A DNA stretch of 59,517 bases, taken from the IMG/VR virus record IMGVR_UViG_3300045961_000160. One strand, given 5' to 3'. Each line of letters opens with the position of its first letter. Within the stretch, counting starts at the first letter, position 1. Under the pieces are notes generated by a model that saw only the letters and a list, made by a program, of their open reading frames with translations, searched no databases and was not told the DNA's origin. Shown piece after piece: positions 10,271 to 20,818 of the stretch. Both the position numbers and the translations under genes were made by a program. The stretch is from an uncultured virus (IMG/VR IMGVR_UViG_3300045961_000160) (lineage: Duplodnaviria; Heunggongvirae; Uroviricota; Caudoviricetes).

Positions 10271-10435
10271 TTATGAAGGATTAGCTTCTTTTAATGCTTG
10301 TAATTCATTATACATTGCTAACAACTCAGCTTCTTTTTGAGCAATGAGTTCTTCAACAGTAGGTCCATCTACTTCAATGAATTCAACAGAAACTAATCCG
10401 TTTTCATCATATATTTCATTTCTTACTTGTGCCAT
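10271..10435 (-). CDS. Small acidic protein (54 aa, absent from ORF track)
   Basis: MAQVRNEIYDENGLVSVEFIEVDGPTVEELIAQKEAELLAMYNELQALKEANPS; fills the gap between genes. Confidence 0.65.
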   Translation of the reverse strand: MAQVRNEIYDENGLVSVEFIEVDGPTVEELIAQKEAELLAMYNELQALKEANPS

Positions 10436-10437
10436 AA

Positions 10438-11088
10438 TTATATTGCTCTAAATCTTATTGTTACAGGTTGCAATGCAAGTGCATTACTATTAGGTGAAAT
10501 AGTAATTGATGAGGGAATGCTTCCGAATGTTTGAGATTGTCTATACTGCACATTTACAGCAGATGAAGATGCATGGTGCTGCAATGCAAAAGATGTGTTA
10601 TTAGAACGAAAACCAATATTAGCATTTACTGACACCCCTAACCAATAAGTTGTACCTGCATTAAACGTATAATTAGCAGTATATGTTTTCATTCCAGATG
10701 TAGAACAATCTAAGTTAGTGCTTTCCAGTAGTTTGTTTTTAGGTAATCCGTTTAAATCATCAAAAATCAAAATTGTAGCTAATCCACCTGCCACAATAGT
10801 ATTTACTTCAATTCTAAATTCATCAACACTAATCGTATTTTTAGGAGTAAATGGAAATAAATCTATGTTGTTTGCAGCGGTTGTTGTTGTACCTCCTGAG
10901 CCACTTAACGGATTAGTAGAATAATAAACACCTGTTTGAGGTTTAACTACAATTTGTGTTCCGTATGTACCACTACCACCTGCAATTACTAAATTACCAG
11001 GACCTAATAGTGAATCACCATTGATAGTTTTAATATTAACACCACTTTCTAATGGTTCTTGTTTTGGAAGTTCTATTTTTGATCCCAT
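10438..11088 (-). CDS. Putative virion/tail accessory protein
   Basis: LESGVNIKTINGDSLLGPGNL fibre-type motif then a beta-rich domain ending AGTTYWLGV. Confidence 0.55.
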   Translation of the reverse strand: MGSKIELPKQEPLESGVNIKTINGDSLLGPGNLVIAGGSGTYGTQIVVKPQTGVYYSTNPLSGSGGTTTTAANNIDLFPFTPKNTISVDEFRIEVNTIVAGGLATILIFDDLNGLPKNKLLESTNLDCSTSGMKTYTANYTFNAGTTYWLGVSVNANIGFRSNNTSFALQHHASSSAVNVQYRQSQTFGSIPSSITISPNSNALALQPVTIRFRAI

Positions 11089-11093
11089 GATGT

Positions 11094-11483
11094 TTATTTG
11101 TTATAGGTGATCATTAATTTTGCTCCAGGATATGTTCCAAAAGAGGTATTCCAAGAAAATTTTCCGGCAGCATAAAAATTATTAACGCCACCAGCATCCA
11201 TGTTTACCACACTTCCATTTTTTAATTCATAAAATGTAGCACCTCCATCAAAAGAAATACCAGCAGGTCCAGTTCCAATACTAGCAAATGTAATAGACTT
11301 AACAGCTTCATTTAATAAGCTAGGTGTATTTTCTTCAACTCTTATTACCGGTGTAATTTCAATAGGTACAATCGGGTTGATTTTATTAGAAAGTGTAGTC
11401 AATAAATTACTTAAAGACTGAAGACCTTTTAGCACATTAAATTGCCAATTGGTGTTTTTATCATCTGACTTAATAATAGACAT
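11094..11483 (-). CDS. Hypothetical structural protein
   Basis: 129 aa, N-terminal WQFNVLKGLQ; preceded by late-type motif. Confidence 0.5.
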   Translation of the reverse strand: MSIIKSDDKNTNWQFNVLKGLQSLSNLLTTLSNKINPIVPIEITPVIRVEENTPSLLNEAVKSITFASIGTGPAGISFDGGATFYELKNGSVVNMDAGGVNNFYAAGKFSWNTSFGTYPGAKLMITYNK

Positions 11484-11560
11484 AGTGTATATTTTTTGAC
11501 ACTAAAAGTTCAGTGTCATTTTATATAATATACACAAAAACTTTCAGTTATCCAAACAAA

Positions 11561-13780
11561 TTATATTTTTCCAAACATGTATTTCTCAGCATTTTTAATT
11601 GAGTCATCTGCAGCTAACATGATTTTGATAATTTCTTCTTTTACATGTTTTGGATGCACATACCAATCTTCATAACAACTGGTCTCATTTGGTGCTATAT
11701 TACTTGCTACTAATACATATCCACGGCTTAATAAAAAATCTCTAGATTTCTTTCTATAGGACCCAGAAACATCAGTATAATGATCATGTTCATAAGTGAT
11801 TACACCAAACGTACATTGATCCCACGGTAACATTGTAAGAATCAAAAATGTTGTTGAAGGTGGTTCACAGTCTACTTGCAAGTAATCAATATGTCCTCTT
11901 AATACTGAATAATCAAACTTAGTTGCATCACATAGAATGATTTCATTTTTTCTGGTCGCTTTAAATTTTTCAACTTCATGTGGTAGAATTTCTAACGATG
12001 TTCCAGTCCAACCCCATTCTTCCAATAATGCAGTGTTGCTTCCTTTAAATGGATCAGCGGCACCAATTTCAAAATATGTTCCCTTTTTCTTACCATCAAG
12101 CATTGTTAATGTAAACATATCTTGATAAGTCTGAGAATAATTTTTTTCAATTGTTTCTGCTCCAGGAAATTTGTATTTTAAATCATTGTAGAAGCCTTTA
12201 TGGTATCTAAGGAAAGGATCAGGTCCAGAACCAAGAGAAGTGATGTTAGATTGTACCAATTTTTGGTATTTTGGACTCAGTGTAGTTCCTTTGTTTACAA
12301 GTTTAATAAACTCATCTCTTGATTCTTGTGATCTTCCAATCCACCAAGCCATAACTGCTTTTTGAAACTCCAATTGATAAAATCCAAGATACTCTGCATT
12401 TTTGGTAATTGTTTTTGAGTTATCCTTAAACATTAAACCAATACAAGCATTTGTATATGCTTCATGATACTGTTTGTTAGATTCTGCCCATTGACTTAAA
12501 AATAAATAAGCCTCTGGTCTATTTGGACTATGGATAATTGCATTTAACCACAATCCTTTTTCAGTAGTTCCTCTTCGTCCTTGTGTGGCAATACAACGGG
12601 CCACCATTAACAATGATTCATAAGTTAAATCATTATTTTTAGAGTATTCTGCAGATCTTAAATAAAATGACAATGCTGAAGCTGTGTGCCCATGGTTAAA
12701 ATAAAATTCACCCAGTTTAAAATTATTTGCTGCATTAAATGGATCCTTGATGAATTGTTCTACACTACTTGGTGTAATTCCTTTGGAAACATATTTTGTT
12801 TCTCCAAATAAATAAACATTTGTCATTTCTTCAAATACACCTCTTGGTAGTCTTAAAATAAAAGCTGTAGAATCTTGGAAACCAAAAGGAATAATAAAAT
12901 CATTTCCATCAAAGGTTAGCCCACAAGAGAATTCAATATTTGCAGTCATAAACTTGAACTCTTCAGATTGAGAAATAATAATCCAATCTTTATCCCAAAC
13001 AATAAACCGGTGATAATAATGAGCATCTTTTTTACCTTGCTCATTGTGCCAAAGATCAACTTCATGAGTAATAGCAATTCTATAGTCTCCTACAGCGATT
13101 ACCTGTGACCCTCCCCTTAAATCCCTTGGAAATTTTGCTATTTGCTCTTTTACTAAAACTGTTTCTGTTTTATTAGTTTCTGGAATTATTTTGACTATCT
13201 CTGTAGGAGAGGTCCACTTGACAAAGTGATCTGGCATATCAAGGATTGGCATCCAGTTCTTTTCACAATAAGATGGTGTTGGCGGTTCCAGTCTAGTGCG
13301 AGAAATCTCTTCCCAGTTATCATTGACAACTGAAATTTCCATTCTTCCTTCACCGTTGGTAGTTGTATCTCTACGGACCCCAATTAAATTGGTTTGGTTA
13401 TTCCAAGTAGTTAATCTAGCATCTTCTAGTCCAATAAATTCCCAAACAGGTTTAACATCTAACTTTGTTGTATCAACTTTGTGTACTTGATCAATAGCTA
13501 ATGTATTTTTATCAAGTTGACACAAATAATTTGTAGTTCTTAATGAAATATCATCTTCTGGATTTAAGTAAGCCAATGGACCCCATAAAGTTTGAAAGTT
13601 TTGATGATTCTCACTGTGATATAATGAATATTGAACATGTCTTAAATTCAATAAATATTCACCATTATTTAAAACAAGAGAAGGATTAGTAAGTCCTAAT
13701 CCTTCAGTCATGTTTGCTGGAATTAAAAGTTGGTTCACAGAACCTCCATTTTCCAGAGCAACTTTGCATAAGTTATTCAT
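11561..13780 (-). CDS. Fusion: glycosidase-like beta-propeller + TPR + FkbM-like methyltransferase
   Basis: GLEDARL, EKNWMP, LRGGSQ, IEFSCGL (propeller); TPR-like helices (PNRPEAY); SQTYQD, YFEIGAADP..GSNT, IDYLQVDCE, EDWYVH (FkbM-like). Confidence 0.7.
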   Translation of the reverse strand: MNNLCKVALENGGSVNQLLIPANMTEGLGLTNPSLVLNNGEYLLNLRHVQYSLYHSENHQNFQTLWGPLAYLNPEDDISLRTTNYLCQLDKNTLAIDQVHKVDTTKLDVKPVWEFIGLEDARLTTWNNQTNLIGVRRDTTTNGEGRMEISVVNDNWEEISRTRLEPPTPSYCEKNWMPILDMPDHFVKWTSPTEIVKIIPETNKTETVLVKEQIAKFPRDLRGGSQVIAVGDYRIAITHEVDLWHNEQGKKDAHYYHRFIVWDKDWIIISQSEEFKFMTANIEFSCGLTFDGNDFIIPFGFQDSTAFILRLPRGVFEEMTNVYLFGETKYVSKGITPSSVEQFIKDPFNAANNFKLGEFYFNHGHTASALSFYLRSAEYSKNNDLTYESLLMVARCIATQGRRGTTEKGLWLNAIIHSPNRPEAYLFLSQWAESNKQYHEAYTNACIGLMFKDNSKTITKNAEYLGFYQLEFQKAVMAWWIGRSQESRDEFIKLVNKGTTLSPKYQKLVQSNITSLGSGPDPFLRYHKGFYNDLKYKFPGAETIEKNYSQTYQDMFTLTMLDGKKKGTYFEIGAADPFKGSNTALLEEWGWTGTSLEILPHEVEKFKATRKNEIILCDATKFDYSVLRGHIDYLQVDCEPPSTTFLILTMLPWDQCTFGVITYEHDHYTDVSGSYRKKSRDFLLSRGYVLVASNIAPNETSCYEDWYVHPKHVKEEIIKIMLAADDSIKNAEKYMFGKI

Positions 13781-13800
13781 ACTGTTGGTTTATTGTCCAA

Positions 13801-13808
13801 CAAATATA
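13801..13808 (-). promoter_or_regulatory. Bacteroidota-type -7 promoter element
   Basis: TATATTTG 20 nt upstream of the ATG at 13780. Confidence 0.6.
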
Positions 13809-13811
13809 CAA

Positions 13812-14006
13812 TTATACTTCTAGTGTATTTGCAGTATTTTGTAAAATTTCAACTTTTGTAAATTCACCATCTTTGTAAATACAACCGGTATATATTGATT
13901 CATCAACCTCAACACATAACAAATTAGTCATTGCTGTTGGATCATTTTCAGATGTAATAATGTTAACAACTGTTTCATTATCAATTAAAGCATATCTTTT
14001 TTTCAT
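13812..14006 (-). CDS. Small tail-fibre-associated protein
   Basis: MKKRYALIDNETVVNII...GCIYKDGEF; start coupled to upstream stop. Confidence 0.6.
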   Translation of the reverse strand: MKKRYALIDNETVVNIITSENDPTAMTNLLCVEVDESIYTGCIYKDGEFTKVEILQNTANTLEV

Positions 14007-14914
14007 TAAAAATGTGTTATAATTAAACAAAAACCATCACCTCCTCTACCACCAGCTCCGGAATCAGCTCCATTGGCAGAAGCTCCACCGCCACCGCCTC
14101 CTGCACCGGGACCACCATCGCCACCTTTACCTCCTCTTATTGTTCCAGCCGCATTTCCTGTTCCACCACCACTTCCACCCATGGCATAAAAAAGTCCTTG
14201 TGCAGCAGGATACAGCAATGATCCATTTCTTCCAGAATTTCCTAATGTTCCGCCACTATTGGCCATGATAAACGCACCCGATACTGCATTTTGTATAACT
14301 AAAGTTTGACCATTTCTAGTTGTATTTGTTGTATCTAAACCACCACCCATTCCTCCAGGCATTAACGCCCTTAGTATATATGTTAAACTTGAAGGTGCAA
14401 ATGCATTAGCTCCTACAGTAGGACTAGAAAAATTATTAGCACCTAATACAGTATTAAAATAATAAGAGGTATTATAACTACCACTGCCGTTAGCAGCAGC
14501 AGTTCCACCGGCACCACCTACACCTAACGTTGTTGATAAATATGCCGTTGCAGCACTTCCATTGCCACCAAATAATGAAAAATTTCCAGCTGTACCATAT
14601 GATCCATTTGTATCATTAGTTATTATAGCTCCACCTCCTGCTCCCCCGCTTCCAATCCATACATTTTCTGTAGCACCTAGCATAGACGCAGAAATTTTAG
14701 CAGAGTTCAAAACACCAGATGAACCACCACCTCCTCCATAACGAGCAGTTCCAGCGGCACCTCTTCTACCAGAACCACCACCACCTCCTCCACTGACAAG
14801 GTAAACTTCAACTAAAACAGCTCCTTCAGGTTTAGTCCACATTCCTGAAGATGTAAAAAGTTGAATATCTAGTGGTGTATTTCCACCAGATACCGCAATA
14901 CCATTTATTTTCAT
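14006..14914 (-). CDS. Glycine-rich tail fibre-like protein
   Basis: FTSSGMWTKPEGA...VSGGGGGGSG...GGRGGDGFCLII glycine-rich domain. Confidence 0.75.
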   Translation of the reverse strand: MKINGIAVSGGNTPLDIQLFTSSGMWTKPEGAVLVEVYLVSGGGGGGSGRRGAAGTARYGGGGGSSGVLNSAKISASMLGATENVWIGSGGAGGGAIITNDTNGSYGTAGNFSLFGGNGSAATAYLSTTLGVGGAGGTAAANGSGSYNTSYYFNTVLGANNFSSPTVGANAFAPSSLTYILRALMPGGMGGGLDTTNTTRNGQTLVIQNAVSGAFIMANSGGTLGNSGRNGSLLYPAAQGLFYAMGGSGGGTGNAAGTIRGGKGGDGGPGAGGGGGGASANGADSGAGGRGGDGFCLIITHF

Positions 14915-14918
14915 AATT

Positions 14919-17900
14919 TTATATTTCTATCCAGTTATTATCTGGGTTAAACCTTATAATGCATAAATTGCTAGGATGCGTACCACTATTCCAAAAACAA
15001 TGACCAATTAATCTAGCAATATCGCCAGAAGTTGCAGGTACGTTTTCTGAAACATACCCTGTATTTGCATCACTTATAAATAATGGCACTGCAGGATTTT
15101 CAGAACCATATTGGTCATGAAATTCTGTTGAATAAAAACCTTGAATAAGAATATCTACATCCATGTCTGGATCAGTAACACTTCTTAAACAAATACCCAA
15201 TAAATTAACAGAACCTCCATTTCCTGCAATTGCACGATACCATTTTCTATCAGTTCTATCCATATAAACAACTTGCCCAACAGTCAATTGTTCACCAGAA
15301 GTTTGTCTATATAATATGTCTCCTGTAGCTGTAGGAGAATTCCAACCCGCTAAGTTAGATAGTGTTGATGTAATTCCAGAATCAATAGTAACACCAAATG
15401 CTGCAGGATCTCCTACTGTACCTGCAATCATTGTTCCAGTTGCTGCATCATACTGTGCACCATTTTCAGCATTTACGCCTCCTGCACCATTAGATGTTAA
15501 TAACTCATTGTCGCTTCCTGGTACACTAATTGAGCCCGTACTACCTTGCGCACCGGTAGCTCCTTGAGGACCTAATCCTCCAGTTGAACCAGTAGTTCCT
15601 TGTGGTCCAATAGGTCCAGTAGAACCTGTTGTTCCAACAAAACCTTGTACGCCTTGAGAACCTGTTGCTCCCGTATTACCAGTTGTACCTTGTCTACCTT
15701 GCACACCTTGCACACCTTGGGCTCCTGTAGCACCAGTAGATCCGGTAATACCTTGGGCTCCAGTTGCTCCAACTGAACCTTGACTTCCAGTAGCGCCAGT
15801 AGCGCCAGTAGAACCCTGACTACCTGTTGCACCAGTATTTCCTGTAATACCCTGAATTCCCTGTACACCTTGTATTCCTTGTGTTCCTTGAGGGCCAATT
15901 GCTGTACTAGGAGTTATGTCTATAAATGTGCCTGTAGGAGAAGAAACTAAACTTGCGCTATTAGTCCATCCTGTACTTGGAGAATTTAAAACTGTATAAA
16001 ATGAACCGTAACCTGTGTATGTACTAAAATTGCCGTAAACTTCATATGATGTAGTACTGACCTGAACAACACGTATTGTTGACGGAGCCGCACTCATTGG
16101 TCCTAAAGCTGTATTTCTAAAAGCTAAACCATCTCCATAAAAACCACCTTGATTACTTGAACCATTAGATGTTTTAAAATAGAATTCGGTAATTTGATTT
16201 TGAGATGTATCGGCATTGTATCCACTTTTAGATGCAATCTGAATGTATAAAGATTGTCCTTGTTGTGATGTAGCCCATGTACCAAGTTTAATCCACGATG
16301 CGCTACTTGCTGTTTCTGGAAGAGCATAAGTTGTAGCACCTACAAGACCTTGAGTTCCTTGGATTCCTTGTACTCCTTGAGAACCGGTAGCACCAATTGC
16401 GCCTTGACTTCCAATTGCGCCTTGTGCACCTGTGGATCCAATTGCACCCTGTGATCCAGTGTTCCCTGTAGATCCTTGACTTCCTACAGCACCCTGACTA
16501 CCAGTACTTCCAGTTACACCCTGTGAACCCGTTGCACCAGTTGATCCAGTTGTACCTTGTCTGCCCTGTACACCTTGCACACCTTGTGATCCGGTGGCTC
16601 CAGTTGTACCTATAATACCTTGAATACCTTGTGAGCCAGTTGCACCTGTGTTACCTGTAATACCCTGTATACCTTGAATTCCTTGAACGCCTTGTGCGCC
16701 AGTAGCTCCAGTTGCTCCGGTACTTCCTTGGGAACCAGTTGCTCCGGTACTACCAGTTGCTCCAGTGGTTCCTTGTTGCCCTATGGCACCTTGCGACCCA
16801 GTAGAACCAATTGATCCTTGGGAACCGGTTGCTCCAATACTTCCTTGTGATCCAATAGTACCTTGTCGTCCTTGTAGACCTTGAATTCCCTGTATGCCCT
16901 GTATACCCTGGGCTCCTGTTGCGCCTGTATTACCTGTTATTCCTTGAATACCTTGCGCTCCTGTTAATCCAGTACTGCCTTGAAATCCAGTTGTGCCTTG
17001 GGCTCCGGTAGATCCAACGGCACCTTGACTACCAGTATTTCCAGTAGATCCTTGTGCACCTACGGCACCTTGACTTCCGGTTGCCCCTGTAGTCCCTTGA
17101 CTTCCAGTTGCTCCAATTGCGCCTTGTGATCCAATTAACCCTTGGATACCTTGAGTTCCCTGTGCTCCAATTGCCCCAGTAGAACCAGTAGCCCCTTGGC
17201 TTCCTGTAAACCCTTGTGCACCAATGCTTCCTTGACTTCCTGTAGCACCAGTTGAACCAGTAAATCCTTGTAAGCCAGTTGTTCCTTGTGCGCCAGTTAA
17301 ACCAATAAAACCTTGTATGCCTTGTGCCCCGGTAGCACCAGTACTTCCTTGAGCACCAGTAACTCCTTGAGATCCTGTACTACCAGTACTTCCTTGACTA
17401 CCTGTTGCACCAATAGAACCTTGAATACCAGTTGTTCCTTGACGACCTTGGATTCCTTGTATTCCTTGAAGTCCTTGAATTCCGGTTATGCCTTGTATGC
17501 CTTGTATGCCTTGTAATCCAGTTGTGCCTTGAATACCTTGCGGTCCTGTAATATTTCCTACATCATCCCAATTGGCACCATCCCAAACCCATAAGTGTCC
17601 TGTATCAGTTGTAATGTAACCATCACCTATAGCCCCTGTATATGAATTTGGCCAACCGGGTAAAGCTGTAGAAGTAGAGACACTGCCAATTAATGTTATA
17701 GAATTTCCAGATGTACCTTGTGAACCAAGTAAACCTTGAATGCCTTGCACGCCTTGTAAGCCAGTAATACCTTGGATTCCTTGAAGTCCAGTAGTTCCTT
17801 GTGCTCCAGTTAAACCGGTAATGCCTTGTATCCCTTGAGATCCATTTAACCCTGCAGTACCTTGACTACCCGTTGTACCTTGACTACCGGTAGATCCGGT

Positions 17901-19484
17901 TGAACCTTGAGATCCAGTGTTTCCTATTGCACCTTGTGCTCCAATTGCTCCCTGTAGTCCAGTTAAACCTTGTGCTCCGGTATTTCCTTGTATACCGGTA
18001 ATTCCTTGGATACCTTGTATTCCCTGTATTCCTTGAAGGCCTTGTATTCCCTGTGGTCCTTGTGTACCTTGTGAGCCAATTAACCCTTGGATACCTTGAA
18101 TTCCCTGCAAACCAGTAACACCTTGAGATCCTGTTTGACCAGTTTGTCCCTGGATACCAGTAATACCTTGAACTCCTTGGGATCCGGTAATACCTTGGGA
18201 TCCAGTTGCGCCAGTTGTACCTTGACTTCCTATTGCTCCTTGAGATCCAGTAGAACCGGTGCTTCCCTGTGAACCTGTATTTCCAATTGCACCTTGACTT
18301 CCAATCGAACCTTGAGTTCCTTGAATACCATTTATTCCTTGGATTCCTTGAGTGCCTTGGACACCCTGTAATCCTTGGATACCCTGTGCTCCAGTAATAC
18401 CTTGAGCACCTTGTGACCCAGTAAATCCAGTGGTTCCTTGTTGTCCTATAGCACCCTGTGCTCCTGTAGATCCAATTGATCCTTGAGCTCCAGTATTACC
18501 AAGTACACCTTGAGTTCCTTGAATTCCCTGCAAACCTTGAATTCCTTGTAAACCTTCGAGCCCTTGTATTCCTTGGACACCTTGTAAACCAATTTCACCT
18601 TGAATACCTTGCAGGCCTTCTAATCCTTGGATTCCCTGAATTCCATCTGTACCTTGAATGCCTATTAATCCTTGTATTCCTTGACTGCCAATAAGACCTT
18701 GTATACCTTGGGCTCCAGTTAAACCTTGTAAACCAACCGTACCCTGTGCTCCTTGAGAGCCAGTAATTCCTTGTGATCCTGTAGCACCAACCGATCCTTG
18801 TAAACCAATGGCACCTTGTGAACCGGTACTACCAATGGCTCCTTGAGAGCCAGTATTTCCAATTGTACCTTGAACTCCTTGAGTACCTTGAACTCCAGTT
18901 TCTCCTTGTACGCCTTGAATTCCTTGAGCTCCGACTGTCCCTTGATTTCCTATACTACCTTGGATGCCGGTTTTTCCTTGCACGCCTTGACTACCAATGA
19001 TTCCTTGTGAACCTTGGCAACCCATTGCGCCTTGAATACCTTTTCCTCCTTGTATGCCTTGGATACCCTGCGGTCCTTGAATTCCTTGAATACCTTGGGC
19101 ACCGCAACATCCTTGTACACCTGTAAGACCAAGATCACCTTGAATACCTTGCAATCCTTGCAAACCAAGTGGTCCAGTTAAACCTTGGACACCAAAACTA
19201 CCTTGAACTCCTTTAAGTCCTTGTACACCTTGATTTCCGGTTATACCTTGGTGTCCTATATTACCTTGAACACCACCTGTACCTTGTACGCCTTGGGGAC
19301 CTTTGTATCCTTGAATACCAGTATTTCCTTGAATACCAGTTGTACCTTGAATACCTTGAGCTGCATATAGACCATCAAGACCTTGAATACCTTGTATACC
19401 AAGATCACCCTGGATACCAGTTGTACCTTGAGGTCCGCGCAATCCTACGGTTTTTAAAAAACCATTTTTATCTACAACTTTCAT
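14919..19484 (-). CDS. Giant collagen-like fibre protein (1521 aa)
   Basis: Hundreds of Gly-X-Y triplets (mostly G-X-Q and G-X-T) interrupted by two globular inserts, with a C-terminal globular domain. Confidence 0.85.
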   Translation of the reverse strand: MKVVDKNGFLKTVGLRGPQGTTGIQGDLGIQGIQGLDGLYAAQGIQGTTGIQGNTGIQGYKGPQGVQGTGGVQGNIGHQGITGNQGVQGLKGVQGSFGVQGLTGPLGLQGLQGIQGDLGLTGVQGCCGAQGIQGIQGPQGIQGIQGGKGIQGAMGCQGSQGIIGSQGVQGKTGIQGSIGNQGTVGAQGIQGVQGETGVQGTQGVQGTIGNTGSQGAIGSTGSQGAIGLQGSVGATGSQGITGSQGAQGTVGLQGLTGAQGIQGLIGSQGIQGLIGIQGTDGIQGIQGLEGLQGIQGEIGLQGVQGIQGLEGLQGIQGLQGIQGTQGVLGNTGAQGSIGSTGAQGAIGQQGTTGFTGSQGAQGITGAQGIQGLQGVQGTQGIQGINGIQGTQGSIGSQGAIGNTGSQGSTGSTGSQGAIGSQGTTGATGSQGITGSQGVQGITGIQGQTGQTGSQGVTGLQGIQGIQGLIGSQGTQGPQGIQGLQGIQGIQGIQGITGIQGNTGAQGLTGLQGAIGAQGAIGNTGSQGSTGSTGSQGTTGSQGTAGLNGSQGIQGITGLTGAQGTTGLQGIQGITGLQGVQGIQGLLGSQGTSGNSITLIGSVSTSTALPGWPNSYTGAIGDGYITTDTGHLWVWDGANWDDVGNITGPQGIQGTTGLQGIQGIQGITGIQGLQGIQGIQGRQGTTGIQGSIGATGSQGSTGSTGSQGVTGAQGSTGATGAQGIQGFIGLTGAQGTTGLQGFTGSTGATGSQGSIGAQGFTGSQGATGSTGAIGAQGTQGIQGLIGSQGAIGATGSQGTTGATGSQGAVGAQGSTGNTGSQGAVGSTGAQGTTGFQGSTGLTGAQGIQGITGNTGATGAQGIQGIQGIQGLQGRQGTIGSQGSIGATGSQGSIGSTGSQGAIGQQGTTGATGSTGATGSQGSTGATGATGAQGVQGIQGIQGITGNTGATGSQGIQGIIGTTGATGSQGVQGVQGRQGTTGSTGATGSQGVTGSTGSQGAVGSQGSTGNTGSQGAIGSTGAQGAIGSQGAIGATGSQGVQGIQGTQGLVGATTYALPETASSASWIKLGTWATSQQGQSLYIQIASKSGYNADTSQNQITEFYFKTSNGSSNQGGFYGDGLAFRNTALGPMSAAPSTIRVVQVSTTSYEVYGNFSTYTGYGSFYTVLNSPSTGWTNSASLVSSPTGTFIDITPSTAIGPQGTQGIQGVQGIQGITGNTGATGSQGSTGATGATGSQGSVGATGAQGITGSTGATGAQGVQGVQGRQGTTGNTGATGSQGVQGFVGTTGSTGPIGPQGTTGSTGGLGPQGATGAQGSTGSISVPGSDNELLTSNGAGGVNAENGAQYDAATGTMIAGTVGDPAAFGVTIDSGITSTLSNLAGWNSPTATGDILYRQTSGEQLTVGQVVYMDRTDRKWYRAIAGNGGSVNLLGICLRSVTDPDMDVDILIQGFYSTEFHDQYGSENPAVPLFISDANTGYVSENVPATSGDIARLIGHCFWNSGTHPSNLCIIRFNPDNNWIEI
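15530..19440 (-). repeat. Degenerate 9-bp periodic (GGN NNN CAA/ACN) collagen repeat
   Basis: Recurrent ccttg at 9-nt spacing on the plus strand, with synonymous variation. Confidence 0.9.
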
Positions 19485-19783
19485 TAATTCAATCCGTGTA
19501 TGTAAAAACTTGTTGTTGCTGAAGTTGTTTCTACAATTAACTGATCACCTTGATTAAATACATAATCCAGTTCATCTGTTAAAGTATCACCGCCATCAAG
19601 TTCTTGTTGATAAAGTAAAATTGTATTCTTTGTTGCCCAATCAAAAATACTCACTCTAAGTGTATATCCATTTGGGTCATGAAATTGTAAATCTAGAATT
19701 TTACCAAGGGTAGTCCTAGAAAGATTGTTATATAAAACATTCTTTCCTACAGTCAATACACCTTCATTAGAAAATTCACCCAT
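19484..19783 (-). CDS. Small putative structural protein
   Basis: Start reassigned to ATG 19783 (MGEFSNEG) because a promoter-like motif and terminator lie in the upstream ORF extension. Confidence 0.6.
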   Translation of the reverse strand: MGEFSNEGVLTVGKNVLYNNLSRTTLGKILDLQFHDPNGYTLRVSIFDWATKNTILLYQQELDGGDTLTDELDYVFNQGDQLIVETTSATTSFYIHGLN

Positions 19784-19879
19784 AACCTTTAATATACAAA
19801 AAAAGATCAAGTTAAGCAAGCAATAATACAAAAAAAGGCCTTGTGTTAGCAAGACCTTTAGAAGAGATTTGATTGCTGA

Positions 19880-20818
19880 TTAAGTATGCTCAACCATGCG
19901 TACTCTGTTAATTGTAGCAGTCTCTGCAGGATTGGTTTGCAATATTGTAAAAATGATGTACAAATCAACTGTTGGATCAATAGTTACAACATCTCTGGTA
20001 TTGTTTGTAAATGATATATCATTTGCAATTTGTTGATTGAAATTAAAACCAAAGATTTTATTTCCAATTTTTTGGAAATCTCTTTCATTTCTAAACCAAC
20101 CTCCATCATTTGTTCCATTGGCACCTGTTGCAATTCTTGTTGCACCAACTAATGAGTTCACAGTATTAATGAAAATTCCTGTTTGCACTGTATTCCAACC
20201 TATACGATAAACACCCCATGAAGTTTGAATTACTGAATTAGTAGCTAAAGAGTTTGCAGGAACCAAAATACTTGCAGAAGCATAATGCTGATTGGCAACA
20301 CCTCCAGTTACTGGATTTCCTTCTACAATTGTACCAATGTTTCGTATACCTGCAGCACTTGCCCCAGCAGGACCTTGAGGACCTACTGCCCCTTGTGACG
20401 CTAACAATGCCCAATGAGTTGTATCAGTTGCAGGATTGGTAGTTCCATTTGTTGCCAAAATACAAAAGTAAGAAGCACCACCGTAACCAACAGCATCATC
20501 AGCTACATAACTTGTACCTGAAACCCAAGCACCTTGCCAAGTTAATCCTGCTGGACCAACTGCTCCTTGTGGACCTGCGGGACCTTGAAGTCCTGTGGCA
20601 CCGGTTGCACCAGTAGCACCTGGAGGAATAAAAATAACATCCAGAACATTTTCTGTAATGTTATTTACAAAATCTTCACCGGTTATGACAACTGGTTTGT
20701 AGTCATTGTTAAAATTTGTATCGCGAACACCAAGTGTAATCAAGTCTGATTTATCTACAGTCTTTTTGATCATTTTGTTTTTGATCAAATTGAAATAATT
20801 AATGCTGTTATTTAACAT
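19880..20818 (-). CDS. Short collagen-containing fibre/decoration protein
   Basis: Short GXY runs flanking a WQGAWVSGTSY...YGGASYFC...HWALLASQG module. Confidence 0.7.
   Translation of the reverse strand: MLNNSINYFNLIKNKMIKKTVDKSDLITLGVRDTNFNNDYKPVVITGEDFVNNITENVLDVIFIPPGATGATGATGLQGPAGPQGAVGPAGLTWQGAWVSGTSYVADDAVGYGGASYFCILATNGTTNPATDTTHWALLASQGAVGPQGPAGASAAGIRNIGTIVEGNPVTGGVANQHYASASILVPANSLATNSVIQTSWGVYRIGWNTVQTGIFINTVNSLVGATRIATGANGTNDGGWFRNERDFQKIGNKIFGFNFNQQIANDISFTNNTRDVVTIDPTVDLYIIFTILQTNPAETATINRVRMVEHT

Noticed and set aside
15530..19440. CRISPR-like or DGR-type repeat array
   Set aside because: Repeats are in-frame Gly-X-Y codons without spacers; no cas or reverse transcriptase gene in the window
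15316..19522. Many short alternative-frame and antisense ORFs within the collagen gene
   Set aside because: By-products of the 9-nt periodic repeat
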